From NCBI RefSeq assembly GCF_009914755.1, contig NC_060936.1: a stretch of DNA of 64,000 bases; one strand, written 5' to 3'. The notes below the pieces were generated by a model. That model searched no databases. It had not been told where the DNA came from and was given only the letters and a program-made list of their open reading frames with translations. This DNA comes from the human T2T-CHM13v2.0 reference genome, Homo sapiens. This document shows, piece after piece, positions 1 to 15,118 of the stretch (position 1 is the first letter of the stretch; every line of letters begins with the position of its first letter). The translations under genes were made by a program, and so were the position numbers.

Positions 1-1201
1 TGAGGACAGAAGGCTGAGACTGGACTGAAAGAGTCGCAAAAGAACTTAAAAATAAAGGAGAGCCTTGACTCTCAAAGCCAATTATGAATTTCTTCTCTGG
101 AGCTCCCGAAGGGCAGGCCCCCTACGAGTCCAGATGCCAGTCCTTCTCTCTCTGCCTCTCTGTTCCCTCGGGGTCTGTTCAACATTACAGATTATGCCAG
201 CACAGAGCACGATGGCCACGTTCTGTGGATCGATAGGATGAAACTTGATCTGTGGGTCGAGAGGCTCCTGGTGGCTCCTCTTTCTAAGAAAACCTTACGT
301 TGATGGCTTAGCATGAGAGACTTCAGTCTTGCTTGTATGTAGAGCATCTTGTGTTTATCATTAAAATTTTATCTGGTGGTTACGATGCTTGTTTTCTGGG
401 TCAGATCTTGAATCCCTTTTCATTTGAGACAGCGGTGTTTGTGGTTACCTCATTCCCAATCAATGTTGAATTCACCAGGCTTTCTACAGTTATGTATCTC
501 CAAGGAGCTTCTTAAAGAGACAGTGGCCAACTCACCCCTTCTTTCTCTTGTACTTACCTCGTGTTTCTCTTATTCTTCTTTTTTCCTTCCCTTTTCTCTT
601 TCTTTTGCACAAGTGGAGTCTGTTCAGAGGCTTAGTTTTATGTACCTAGAGCTAAACTATGAAGCATTTTTGCATTTACACCTATTAAGTACATTTCACA
701 TCATTGATGGAGAGCAGAATCTCTTCTTCTCACCTTTTCAGCTCTCTATGTAAATATTCCTAGTTTGGGGCCATGCTGCATAGGCCCAGACTGATATTTA
801 TTGCAGTGAACCTCATGATGGACCCAGTCATGGTTCTTCCCTACTCTCCTTTTCACATAAAACCAGTGAAATCTGAAAATAGTCACTCGTTGATAAACGC
901 ATTTGACACTCAAATACCCATCATGTGAACAGGACCTGGTGCCTGTCTCCCTGAGGCTTGTTTTTCCAGTGGGGAAACATTCTTTCCAAAGCATTTGATT
1001 GTTCACTCTTTTGTCCGTGAGTCTTTGCTTACTCTACAGTCTTACAAATAATTTCTAGTTAACTTTTCCTGACATTCAAAGCTCTTTGACATTTCTTTCC
1101 AAGCTACCTTTTTCCTTATTACACTTTTCAAGTGTACCTTTGTTTTTTCCACACTGTTCTATTTAGTTACCTCTGACTGCATCATTTTTTTAGTTAAGAT
1201 A

Positions 1202-1398
1202 CAGTCATATGCTGCATAACAGCGTTTCAGTCAATGATGGGCCCCATATATGACATTGGCCATTCATGTACCCTAGGTGTATAGTAGGCTCTGCCACCTG
1301 GGTTTGTGTAAGAACACTCTGTGATGTTTGCACAAATGATAAATTCACCAAAGGATGCATTTTTCTGAGTGTAACCCTGTCGTTTAGTGACACGACTA
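1202..1398 (+). mobile_element. Tigger3/MER7-type non-autonomous DNA transposon
   Basis: Ends cagtcatatgctgcataac and cgtttagtgacacgact resemble Tigger3 TIRs; TA on both sides. Confidence 0.75.
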
Positions 1399-1399
1399 T

Positions 1400-1540
1400 A
1401 TAATTCATATGCCATAAAATTCACTCTTTCAAAGTGTACAATTCAGTGATTTTTTCTTAGTAGATTTACAAGGTTGTGCAACCAACACCACTATCTAATT
1501 CCAGAACATTTTCATCAACTGGAAACCCAGAACCCATTCT
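1400..1540 (-). mobile_element. Old L1M 3' end fragment
   Basis: taattcatatgccataaaattcactctttcaaagtgtacaattcagtg is a typical antisense L1MB/ME terminus. Confidence 0.65.
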
Positions 1541-1782
1541 TTAAGGCCTACTCCAGTCCTGTCTCCTCCCAGAGATTTCTCTAGCACCGTAGCCTAGCGT
1601 CCACTCTTCTCGGAACTCCTAGAGACGGGACCATCTACAGCTGACAGGGCAACTCATCATGTGGCCTTGCTGTTTCACTGAAACATTTTTTGTTTTATAT
1701 TATTATTTTACTTAGAAATAATATTTAACTTTACAGCCATCTACTGTATTTTCTTTCCAGCAATTTGTAAGCATCTTTTTAA

Positions 1783-2112
<330 letters not shown>

Positions 2113-2543
2113 TGAGTGGTATGTAATATTTTGTTAAATGTATACTGTTTTATATGGAGTAAGCATTAAAACTTAATACACAGACTCCCCTTGTCCCCTG
2201 CCACCTATATATGATGTTATATGGGAAACTAGAGAAATGCCTATGTCTGTTCTCTACTTTCTTAGTTTTCTCAGTTTAGAATCATACATTTTTAAACCTG
2301 GAAGGAACTTTAGAGATGATGCGTTCCAAGACCCTCATCTTGCTTGAGGTGGCAGAGGCTCAGGGCCAGGCTGGGTGTGCGTGAGTGGAGCCGCTCCGCT
2401 GTGTTTCTGCAGCATCCACAGGCAGGGCTGGGTGGTGAGGCTGCCGTTTCCAGCCCTCATTTGCTGCTCTGAAGCTTTGGCTATTATAGCATCATTTTGG
2501 TTTTTCTTTTGTGGCATGTGTCTATTTAAAAACAAAAGCAGCC

Positions 2544-3279
<736 letters not shown>

Positions 3280-3949
3280 TTATTAAGGTCTCCCATGTGT
3301 CTGGTTTGGTTTTCAGTCTGTTTTTCTATGCATGTTTTTTCATAGTGTGACTATAGCCTTTGTTAGATTTGTGGCCTTTTCCCTCACCAAACTGATGAAT
3401 TTTTTTCATGTTGCATATTTTTCATTACTTTCTTTGACTTGTTGCAAAAACACTTTGGATAATTATACCCCAATTTCCCTATTTATTCCCCTAATAGTGG
3501 ACATTAAGGTCATTTCCTGTGTTTTGTTATATGTATGTTATGAATATTTTATGTATAGATGTCTGCAAATTTTTCTCCTTTTTAGCATTACAAATCTTTA
3601 TTTTAAAATGATTAGACACATGCTACTGTAGAAACTTGAAATTCTATATAAGTATATAAAATAAAGAGTTAAAGTTCTCTCATTATCGTCTCCTAGTCTT
3701 GCAATCCTGATTGTTTTCCTAGGCTAGAGTCCTGTAAGCAGAATTACTGGATTTAGGGGAATGAATTTTTATTTTCCAGATTAATAAATTATTTAAAAGT
3801 GCTTTTGTAGCCCTCAGCTTCTTTGCAATCTAACCTTTTGACTTGAAGTCTCCAAACCATCCCTGCCATCTTCCTGTTAGTGCTGTACATAGTGAGAGCC
3901 CGTGCCTCCTGCCCCTCTTCCTTCCTCCCCGTCTAACCTCCCTCCAGCT

Positions 3950-4260
3950 GGCTCCATCCCAGCCCCACTGTGCTGCACTCTCAGAGGTCACCCGTGATCT
4001 TTTGGTCAACAAACCAATAGCCTTTTCTTGGCTCGTCCTCTCCAGCCTCTTGGCAACATTTGGTGCTGTTGACTTTCCCCTCTTGAAATGGGGGGGGGGG
4101 GGCCCTGTATTAAGCATCTGTATGCCCTCAGAGTCTAACATCTTTCCCAGGACCCAGGAAACTTTGAGCCAAGTGTGTAAGAAAGGAAAACTCCCCTTCG
4201 GCGATTCCACACTCTCTGGACTTCCATTACCTCCGTGAGCGCCTTCTCTGGCCCTCGTTC
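3950..4260 (+). mobile_element. L2 RT-region fragment, interrupted at about 4089-4190
   Basis: gaggtcacccgtgatc...caacatttggtgctgttgactttcccctcttgaaa...ccacactctctgg resembles the L2 ORF consensus. Confidence 0.6.
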
Positions 4261-5739
4261 TTGTCTTTCTCTGCTGTCACTTGACCACTTAGCAAGGATA
4301 TGCAGCAGCGCAGAAAAGACCTGCACCAGTTGTTTTCTTTGTTGGAGAGATAAGTGGACGTGCCTTCAACTGCGACTGAGACATTCAGACACAACTTTTA
4401 CTTTGCTTTTTCAGCGAAAATTTCTCATTTCTGTAACTTGAGAAAAATTTATGTTCATAAGTCACCAGTCTCTACAGAATCAGTCACCTGTCTTTCTCTC
4501 AAAGTTCAGCGCCTGTCTGCATTTGTATCTGTGATCTGCTGGACCTCCTGAAATGCTAGCGAGGTTTAGTGTGTGTTTTCCTTGTGTTTTAGCACAGAGT
4601 TTGTCTAGAAAGTTAGTTGATAGTAAGTGCTCAGGAAACATGTCTTTTGTTTGTTTCTTTGATTTATTGTGGTAACAGCTCTTAGAATTTTAGAATGTTT
4701 TGAAAATTGTATGTTTATCCTTGAGGAGAAAGAGTAGAAGAAAGGGGCATATGGAAACATCCCTGTTCTGTTTTGTGATGCTTAGACTGTTCTCGTCTTC
4801 CTTCTCCCCAGTTGCCCTCTGGAAGTTAAGTGTTGCAATCAGATGACATCATGAGTTCAAAAAAGACAGTATAAAACCTGAGGTGCAGGGCTAGGTGTCG
4901 TTTGCCATAAGTAGTGAAGGAGAGCCACCTAGTGAAGAGTGCATCTCAGGTAGAACCAGTAGCTCCTTGGAGGCCTTGTGCCAGCTCTGCTAACCATTAA
5001 GCCATTAGCTCACCAGAAGCTTTTATCAGATGCCCAGGAGTATGATGGTGTTTTGCAATAAACTCTCTCCTCATTGTTACTTGAGATTCATAAGGCTAAA
5101 GCATTCTAGTTGGCATAAGAAAACACACTTTTCTATTCATATGAGAGGACATTTTCTCTCTTTTGGTTTTAAAAAAAACACCAAGCAACCTGTTTGTGTT
5201 GAGGTTTTTTTCATTACTCCTAAATATTTTCTCCCCTGGTTTCCGCCTTTTTAGCATACCGTTCCTGCCTTTACTGGAAGGAGCAGGGCTGTGTATCCAT
5301 GCTTCTCTTCTGCCTAGTGTGGTTGGAAGGAGAACTGTATCATTTGCTGCAAACCATTAGCGCTCTTCTTACCCTAAAAACACTCAGTTGTCCCATTTTT
5401 GCTTCATTCCTTTTGAGGCAAGTGTGCCCAAGTAGATACAAAACAAAACTGCCCATACCTCTCTAGCAACCAAGTGATCTCTGGCTGCTGCTTCAGCTGC
5501 CAGACATGGCCTGATTCAAATATGTTTTTATTTTTCTGAGCCCCATTCATACACCCTGGCGTCAGAGTGAGAGGGTTTGCAGTTCTTTGTAGACAGAGAG
5601 CAAAATTTGGAGCTTCAAATTTATATATGTAAAAATTGGTGTCTGAATCTTTGGTTGGTTCAGTTTGCCTGTTGGCCCTTCAGTGGAATTTTATCATTGT
5701 TTTACAATTAAGAAGTATTGGAAAATATAATTTTAAACA

Positions 5740-6036
5740 GGGCAGGCACAGTGGCTCATGCCTGTACTCCCAGCACTTTGGGAGGCCAAGGTGGGTGGAT
5801 CACTTAGGGTCAGGAGTTTGAGACCAGCCTGGCTAACATGGTGAAACCCTGTCTCTACTAAAAATAGAAAAATTAGCTGGGCATGGTGACACGTGCCTGT
5901 AATCCCAACTACTCGGGAGGCTGAGGCAGAAGAATCGCTAGAACCCAGGAGGTGGAGGTTGCAGTGAGCCGAGGTCATGCCACTGCTCCCCAGCCTGGGC
6001 AACAGAGTGAGACTCCATCTCCAAAAAATAAACAAA
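5740..6036 (+). mobile_element. AluS
   Basis: Full-length Alu consensus. Confidence 0.93.
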
Positions 6037-6102
6037 GTCATCTAAGGTAACTTGAAATACCTTGCTTTTAGCTATGTTGTCCTCTGCTTTTTCCAGTAAT
6101 TA

Positions 6103-6403
<301 letters not shown>

Positions 6404-7369
6404 TTTTTTTTTAAAAAAGGACCTTTTTATCGACTGTATACCATGCCAAAATATGAATAGTAGCTTTAATGTGAATACGTATATATTTGCCCTGAATTTA
6501 AAAATATTTTCTGTTCGGGAACTGAAGCCCTCAAGGATCGTGTTTCCAACACTCGCTTAGTTTTATATGTATGTGTGAAAAATAAATACTGCCTATGGAT
6601 TACTTTGAGACTGTTGAGATAACAGATGCTTTGTAAATAACATAGGTATAAGGTTGTGTGAGATAAATGTTGCCCATATATACTTACTAAGGACATGCGT
6701 TCCATTTTTCTCCTTTTTTAAAAAAACTTTTTCCCCTAACAGTTTTCCTTTAAACCTTGTTTTGTATAGATTTTCTGCTGCTAGTTATTGTGACATTGGA
6801 CTGTTTCCCATAAGGAACTCGATCATTACCCGTTAGGGACCTCTTTTTAAAAATACTTTTAAATTTATTTATTTTCTGCTGTGAGGTATACATGCTCTTC
6901 TGGTAAATAAGTCTGAGGTAAGATATTGATAAGTGACTAGAGGAGAGCATTACATTTATTATATCTTTAATGAAGGAGCTCCAGAATATCCTTGATAAAT
7001 ACTGGTGAACTCATGACTGCATTTATCCATCTCTGGTTCTCCGAGGAATAATGGGAAGGGCCACAGCTACAATAACTCTGCATAATCATCATTGACTCTG
7101 ACTCTATTGATTGTGATTAACCAAGATGTATGGAAAACAGTTTTAAGTGTGTAGTGCATGTATCTCATAAGGTCCATTAAGACGTTCATTATTTTTCAAT
7201 TGATGCGTCTTAAGCCCCACTTGATGTTTGTTGTAGTGCATTTCCACAGAAGGATTCTGCACTGTGGGATTGAGTTCATTTTGTTAATTGCATAATACAA
7301 CCCCATCGTGTTTCATAGAAAATAGTAAATACTCTTGCTTTTATTCATTGGTATTCTTTGATATTACTG

Positions 7370-7423
7370 AAGAAATACCAAAGAAGCAAAGGAGCAAAGA
7401 AATACCAAAGAAGCAAAGGAGCA
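7370..7423. repeat. Perfect 27-bp tandem duplication
   Basis: aagaaataccaaagaagcaaaggagca twice. Confidence 0.95.
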
Positions 7424-8414
7424 AGTGAATAGTTCTTCAAACTTTTACATATTAAGGGCACGAATGTTTCTTGAAATGTGGACACTGCAGTTTTAGGAGC
7501 CTCTGCCTGATTGCTCAGTAGGCTTTAAACCACTTCCATCTTCTGGGTTTAAGTCAGTAGATTCATTCATTCCGTCAACACCCACTAAGCATGGATGAAT
7601 ACCACACACAACCCCCCTGGTCATGGCGAGTTTATAGGCTGCCAAGGGATCCAGTTACTGGTGTTTACAGAACACTCTGGGAGGTGTTAGGGTTGGGGAG
7701 GAGCACGGTGCCATAACATGCTAGGGAGAGGCACCTCATACAGGCTCAGCATCAGGCTAGCTTCCTGCTGGGAAATGACTTTCAACCTGAATCCAGAAGG
7801 ATGACTAGGACTTGGCCAGGTGGAGTTTTATATGGGGCAGAGATGCTGCCCTCCTCACTCCCCAACCAGTAGTGAGCATGAATAACTCATTACTGCATTT
7901 GTTTTTCTGGTAAGCTGGATGAAACACAGCTTCAGAATCCTTCTCAACACAGAGCTCTAGGCAACCACTACCATGTACTGGATTTGACACACAAACGAAA
8001 CCATTTGCTGTTCCTGGCCTGAAGCCTCATAACAGGGCCCCTCTTGGCTGCTCTGGGTGCCAGATCAGAATAGAACTGTGACTTGGTTTGGGAGTGGCTG
8101 TTTGTGTATGATCCTGTAGAGAAAGAAGTCTTGCTAACGGTTCCATATGTTCTCCTGCATCCCCTGAGAAGCAGGCATGGGAGGCAACAGGTTGCATCTG
8201 CTCAGCTCCCAGTCCTGCTCCCAGCATACTGAGCCTTTTTTGTTGGCTTCTCGCCTTCCAGTTGCAATTTAGTGGTCGAATTGATGGGTTAGGGTCAGGG
8301 GCTGTGTCCTGCAAACCTGAGTCATAATATTGAAAACAATAAATTCCTTATATTGCACTTAAATGGGGGTGGTTCTTAAAAGCAGTATTTGTTTAAAGAC
8401 AGTGTCATCTGAGG

Positions 8415-8545
8415 AGGCAGAGTGGCTTGTTGGCTAAGCAGTGATTGAGAAAAACCTGGGGCACATTTTGATCCCAGCTGTGCCACTAAAATGTTTCTTG
8501 TGACCCTGGGTAAGTCACTTAACCTTACTTCTCAGCATTCTTAAA
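8415..8545 (+). mobile_element. MIR fragment
   Basis: atcccagctgtgccact...tgtgaccctgggtaagtcacttaacct matches the MIR core. Confidence 0.65.
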
Positions 8546-10011
8546 TCAAAACAACCCCCCAGCTTGCTAGGAAGGGCCTTAAAAAATTTTGTTTTTAGCA
8601 AATAAGAGCTGACACCTGGAAGCAAAATGGAAACGCTGCTGGATACTTATGAAGAAGAAAGGTTGTTTTTAGCTGTACAGTATTTATTCCTTCTTATTCT
8701 TCTAGTCCCTTAGTCCAATAAGTAGTCTGCTTATTGGAAACTTACTAGTTAATGAAAGCTCTTTGGTGGTAAATCATTTTAAATTGTCAATCCCTCTGTC
8801 GTGCAGAGCTTGAGAGAGGCTCTATTCCCATTCTTTCAACAAAAAATCAGCTATGGTCTCTGACCTATTTATTTAGAGGTAAACTCAACCTTGCCAAGTG
8901 TAGAAAAGACTGGGAAAGCACACAGCTTCACTGGGCTGGGGCATATCCTCATTTGGAAAAGACTTCTTTCTTCTTCAGTTTTTCCTTAGTGTTCTTACAT
9001 CAGCTAGTATATTAGTTGCAGTTGTACTTTGCACAGACGCTAATTAGAGAGCCATCAACATTGGGTTCCAAAGGCTTACTGACAATGTAACTGTCATAGT
9101 GGCATCTTAATTGGTTGAGTGTAATTGTCATTAGGCAGCGATAAAGACATCTGGAGCTCTGGAGAAAAATCAGCCTTTTTTCCTACCTCCATTCGTTATC
9201 TGTTCTTGCTGCTCCTGGCCAATGTTGTTAAGCACTTTTAGATCACATTTAGGGTTTGGTCCAGGTCCCTCTGCCCCAACCTGTGTTTTACCCTACCAAA
9301 GATGTCTGTTTCCTTAGCACAAGTTCATGAGCATGGAGGCTGCCTCCCATGCTATTGTGGCTTTCACTTAGGTTAGATTTGAGAGCCCGCTGCTGAGTCA
9401 TAATGCAGTACCTGCTGCAGTAGCATATTTAGTCTCAGTTCCTGTCAATACAGGAGACGTAGAGGCTTTTATATTTTACCTCCTGAGTCATTTTGCAGCA
9501 AAACATTTATGTTATTATCATACCTTTTGGTCATGGAGAATGAAGTTAATTTAAATAGATATATGGAAAATTTCATGTTTATTGAAATAATTTAGCTTAT
9601 CCCCTGTTTTATAGTTTTTATTCAGTTTGGAAATAAGTGGAAGCAGTCTAATGCACATCAGTGTGTACATTCTGGGTGTTTCACTCATCATTACCACTGG
9701 AAAGTGGGCAGTGGAAATAAAGAGGTACCCCTCAAGCCAGTCAGGTTGTTACCTGCGGACACCCCCTTTCAGTCACTATTTATGATGAGCTCTGCATAAG
9801 GCACTGTGATGGAGGCTATGGCACTGCGGTAGGGCCTTCTTGAAGACTTTACAGTCAAGTTGAGGAGACGATCAATGCATAAGGACTGTATTAGTAAAAG
9901 CAGTTTCTTCAGATAAAGGGCATAGTAGTTGAGTCAGAAAGCTTCAGGCTTCAAGGAGGGGAGGGGAGGGCCTGTGTTAGACCTTGAGGGGTTGGTAGGA
10001 TTGGGCTGGGT

Positions 10012-10417
10012 TGGTGATTCTCAATCTTGGCTGTATATTGAAAACATTGATGCCTGGTTCTATCCCCAAATGGTCAGATTTATTTGGTCTGGGAGGCTGG
10101 AATGCAGTGGCACAATCTCGGCTCACTGCAACCTCCACCTCCCAGTTCAAGCGATTCTTCTGCCTCAGCCTCCCAAGTAGGTGGGATTACAGGCACGCAC
10201 CACCACACCTGGCTAATTTTTGCATTTTTAGTAGAGACGAGGTTTCACCCTGTTGGCCAGGCTGGTCTCAACCTCCTGACCTCAGGTGATCTGCCCCTGC
10301 CCTCAGCCTCCCAAAGTGCTGGGATTACAGGCATGAGCCACCGTGCCCGGCCTGTATCTGCACTTTTTAAAGCATTCCAGGCAAATTTAATGTGCAGCCC
10401 AGGCTGGACCCCACTGG
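10012..10417. mobile_element. MER5B-like hAT element interrupted by an Alu
   Basis: ggtgattctcaatcttggctg and taatgtgcagcccaggctggaccccactg flank the Alu. Confidence 0.6.
10094..10352 (-). mobile_element. AluS lacking its 3' end and tail
   Basis: Antisense Alu begins abruptly at aggctggaatgcagtgg with no poly-T. Confidence 0.9.
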
Positions 10418-10599
10418 GCTGGGAGGTGAGGAGGTGAGGTACTGCAGCAAGGTGGGGCAGAGAATCAGAGTTCAGAGGCAAGAGCATTTGGGATCCTCTC
10501 TGGAAGCCGGCCCGTGTGAAGGGAGAGTAGAAAATGAGGCTGGGGAGAGGGGTGGAAGTTAGTTTGTGGTGGGTTTTCAGTAGGTCTCATAATTAAAAT

Positions 10600-11100
10600 T
10601 TCATTCAATAAGGTGTTAAGATGTAAGACTTTATAGAGGGTTCTCTGGGTATATGGCAAGCGCTGTTCTAGTCTGTCTGTTCCAGTCATTGCATGCACAG
10701 CTATGAACAAAACCCAGACCCTGAGCTCAGAAGCTTCAGGCTGGTAGGGAGATGAACAGTGAGATGATCACAGACATGCACCACTGCCATGACGGAGACG
10801 TCCAGGCTGCCGTGAAGGTAGATCGTAGTGCGGTGTAGTGTGGCATGTGAGGGAGAAAGGAAGTAAAGGAAATGGTTCCAGAAGAAAGATTCATGCAGTC
10901 AGGTGTTTTGAAGGGCTTGGCTTGTGGGGGGAGGATTGAATGGAAGAAGCTCCGAATCAGGGAGCCTGTAGTAGTCGGGTGTGAATGTGAGGTGTTGGGG
11001 GATTTGGACCAGGGTGGCTTCTCTGGGAATGAGCAGAACAGAACAAGCTTGGCACCTGAGCATCTATAGTGGTGCGGGTAGTGGGCCACAGCGGTGTTGA
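10600..11100 (-). mobile_element. L2 fragment(s)
   Basis: tcattcaataa...gcgctgttctag...atgaacaaaacccagaccctg resembles an antisense L2 3' region. Confidence 0.5.
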
Positions 11101-12378
11101 AGGGGCCCCTCTCCTTCTGTACCAGTGACCTGGGACTGATGATCCCATTGATAAAAATAAGGAATTCAGACACAGGCTAGCTTGGCCATGAGCTGAAGCA
11201 TTTGATTTTAGACGTGTGGAGTCACAGTGTGAGTGGACCAACCTCCTCTGTGGGAGAAAGGCTTGCCCAGGAGCCCCTCAGATATGAATAGAGTGCTGTT
11301 ATCTGTGGGGTTCCTGCCCTCACTCTCTTCTCTTTCTCTGAGTAAGGAGCGGGCTCAACAGTTTCTGTTTCACAGCTCACTATTGTCTGGTTCAGCAGCT
11401 AAAGTACCTTTTTCCCAAGCTTTGTTGTTTTGCTGTCATTTTGGCTCCGAACTCTTTGTGTTCAGGGAGCTGGGGGGCTGGAGCTGAGGCCACCTAAACC
11501 GTCTTTCCTCTCCACCCTCGCCTCCCCACTGTGTCCCCTGGGGGGGCACCACTGAAAACAGTGTGCAGACTGCTGGTGTGGTGTGACACATGGTTAGCAG
11601 GAAGCAGAAGGACAGAGACTGGCAAGAAGGAAATACAGTTTCCTAGTTTATGTACTTCTTTTTCTGAACGTGCCTTACTTTTCTGATCTGAATTCCCTTT
11701 ATCTTTCTTTCACTTACCATCTGTGTATTTCTGAAAGACGTTGCCATCCTTCTCATCTTTCCTGAATTGGCTGGTTCCTGTCACATAGAATTTAACCTTA
11801 AGAATCTAGTCCCCCAGTCTAGACATTCAAACATGTCTCATCTGTTGTGTCTCTGTAGCTAAGCAAGTGGCCTTACTCCAGCAAATGGCCTGAGTCGTTC
11901 TCAGGGTGTCACACTGAGCCCGGTATTTTGAGGGCAGTGAGCTCCAGGGTATGTGTTCTGGTATAGGGTTCCTCATTGAGAAGGGTGAGCTGACCGCTGC
12001 TTGGAGAGCCTGGGGGCCAGTGGCCGTGCTTTGGCTGGGGTGATCTCAGGATCTGCCCTTGCTTGCACGTCGCTGGGCTTAAGGACATTCATCTTGTGTT
12101 TCTGTTTACTGGAGGATCAGTGGTCAACCCAGAGGTACAGCAGGCCAGGTTCAGAAAGCACGTCTCTCCCGTTTGGCTCTTTATCCCACATGCGCACTCT
12201 CTGGGTGCCACCCTGCAGGTAGAGAGCCAAGTTCTCCAACCAAGGAATTGGGGTGACAGAATGGCCTTTGGACTGTGCAATATATGTATTTACTGTAGAT
12301 TAAGAATTTGGGTGCAGTACTACTAGTAAACAAAGCACTCCTGAATCAGAGTACTTCTCTATAAGAAATTCCACCTGA

Positions 12379-12716
<338 letters not shown>

Positions 12717-13750
12717 TCACTAATGTGTCACATCATAGATTTCAGTGACTCAGTGAATCTCAGAGGTTATCTCATCAACTCGGCAAAGAAACCCTGCAGG
12801 AACTATGGCTAGGGCCTCAGGAAGACTATGAACCCCCTTAAAATCATTGGCCTATCTTTGTGATTGTGTGGTTCTATCATGAGGCCCTTAAAGGCATTTC
12901 TCACCACTTTTCCCCCCATAACACTCAGTTGCTGTACAAGTGGAGTAAAACCCTCTGCAGCAGACATAAGCAACATAGCTTAAATACCTTGGTGATGGGC
13001 AGCACCCCACTTTATCATCTGGCCATTCTGTCATCCTGGGGGCCTCAAGTCTGAGTAGGTTCGGCCTGGCCTGGCTTTGATGGAAGCAGTCATTTGTTGG
13101 AGTGGCACTAGTCATAGGAGAGAGTGAGTACTTCTATTTTCTAAGTGGGCAAAACCGGGCAGTGTCGCGCATTCAGCAAGAGCTTTTCATGAGCAGGCAG
13201 CACTGTCTGGCTGCTAAAGGCAAGATTTAATTGTTTCAGCAAATCAATTAGTCTTCAGGGACTTTAATCAGTCAAATCTGATGCATGGATGAGGTATTAG
13301 AAAGCCTGTGCCTGTGAGACCATTAGTTCTGAGTATCCCTGCAGCATCTCTCTCTGTCTTTCCTGTGAGTGAGTGTGTGCGTTTGTGGGTAAATAGTGGG
13401 GCTTATACAAATTTCTGCAAGTGATCCCTGTAGTGGGAGAGCTTGCAGGAGCAGATTGTTGTAATAGTGTAAAAGGAAAAGCAAGGAGATCTTGCTACCC
13501 ATGTCTTATTATTGTTTTCTCATTTGAAATTGTCACCATTGTGCTGTGAGAATGTGAAGCGTGTTCACAGCCTTCTGTCATCTAGTTGACATTTTCTCCT
13601 GTTGGAGTCACTCATCTAAACAGTGCCTCAGCAGTGGCTCTACACCACCCGATTCTTACTTGTCTGTTGTTGTAAGGCTCTGTGCATTTTCCCCACCATA
13701 GCCCTGCTCTTCAATCTCCTTTTGGAACCAAGTGTGTCGTTCTCTTCCAG

Positions 13751-13908
13751 ATATACATCAGGGGATGTGAGAGTGTGGGACACCCGCACCTGGGACTACG
13801 TAGCCCCCTTCCTGGAATCAGAGGACGAGGAGGATGAGCCTGGAATGCAGCCAAATGTCTCCTTTGTGAGGATAAACAGCTCGTTGGCAGTAGCAGCTTA
13901 TGAGGATG
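13751..13908 (+). CDS. FBXW8: FBXW8 internal coding exon (probably exon 5), 158 nt
   Basis: Acceptor ttctcttccag| and donor GATG|gtaagt. Encodes YTSGDVRVWDTRTWDYVAPFLESEDEEDEPGMQPNVSFVRINSSLAVAAYED, a WD40 segment recognised as FBXW8. Its last base completes GGG with the next exon. Confidence 0.96.
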
Positions 13909-14827
13909 GTAAGTAACCACAACCCTCCTCCCTATTAAGGAAAAAAAAAAGCTTTACAAAAATTAAGCAGCTGTGGCCGGCTCCCCCCTGTAATCCCTCC
14001 ATACGTACACGTGGGCACACACACATGTTCACACACATACACTCACTCTTGCTTTTATTTGAAGAAGTTGGCCAACAACCGTCAATGCATTAGTAGGCAT
14101 TGGAACACAGCACCCATTAAAACTGGTGTTTAATTCCTACTGGAACTGTCAGGCTGGGCGCTAGTGCCAGACACAAGGCTGGCCAAAGCATCTTAAGCAA
14201 ATAACTTGTTTGATGTAAAATATTAAATATACTTGGCCTACTTTTCCTTTAGCCTCTGCTCAGCCCAAAGGGAATAGTGAAAAGGGGATAGACATAGGTC
14301 ATCTATTGATAAATGTAGTTATAGAAAAATAAAAGTCAGTGCCTACCTTTTCCTGTCACTTAATATACCATACCAGATAATTGGTAATAATATGTTTTCT
14401 CTTTGACATTGATAGAATTCTTTTTGTACATGAACAACTATGGATTTTTGGAACTAGGTACGAATAGTCTAAAGTTAGCTTTATCTATGCAAAGAAACTC
14501 TTGACAGCGTATAACTACTAGAAATGGTCATTTCAATGGCCATGATATCCAGTATGCCCACCTGTCATGCTCCTATCCTCCGTTATGTTGTGAAGTGTTG
14601 AATCTCCACAAGCTTCATGTCCCCACTTGCCCAAAAGTTGGGACCACAGCATATTTCAGAATGTTAAGTGTTCATGTCATGGCACCACTGCAAATCTTCA
14701 GAGTCAGTGTGACATTAGCAGTTGGCTCAGAGGAACAAAACTAAAGTAGCTAATGGGGAATTTTATACCCATGTGCTGTTTAAAAATAAAAATTAGGGCT
14801 GAGATCTTACATACATACCTATATATA

Positions 14828-15118
14828 TTTGAGACAGGGTCTCACTTTTTTGCCCTGGCTAGAGTGCAGTGGCACTATCTCAGTTCACTGCATCCTCAAC
14901 CTCCCGGGATCCAGTGATCCTCCCACCTCAGTCTCCTGAGTAGCTGGGACTACAGGCGCATGCCACCATGCCCAGCTAATTTTTTTTTTTTTTTTTTTTT
15001 AAGAGATGGAGTTTTGCCGTGTTGTCCAGACTGGTCTTGAACTCCTGAGCTCAAACTATCCACCTGCTTCAGCCTCCCAAAGTGCTAGCATTATAGGCAT
15101 AAGCCACTGCACCTGGCC
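14828..15118 (-). mobile_element. AluJ
   Basis: Antisense Alu with J-like positions and an expanded middle T-run. Confidence 0.9.
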
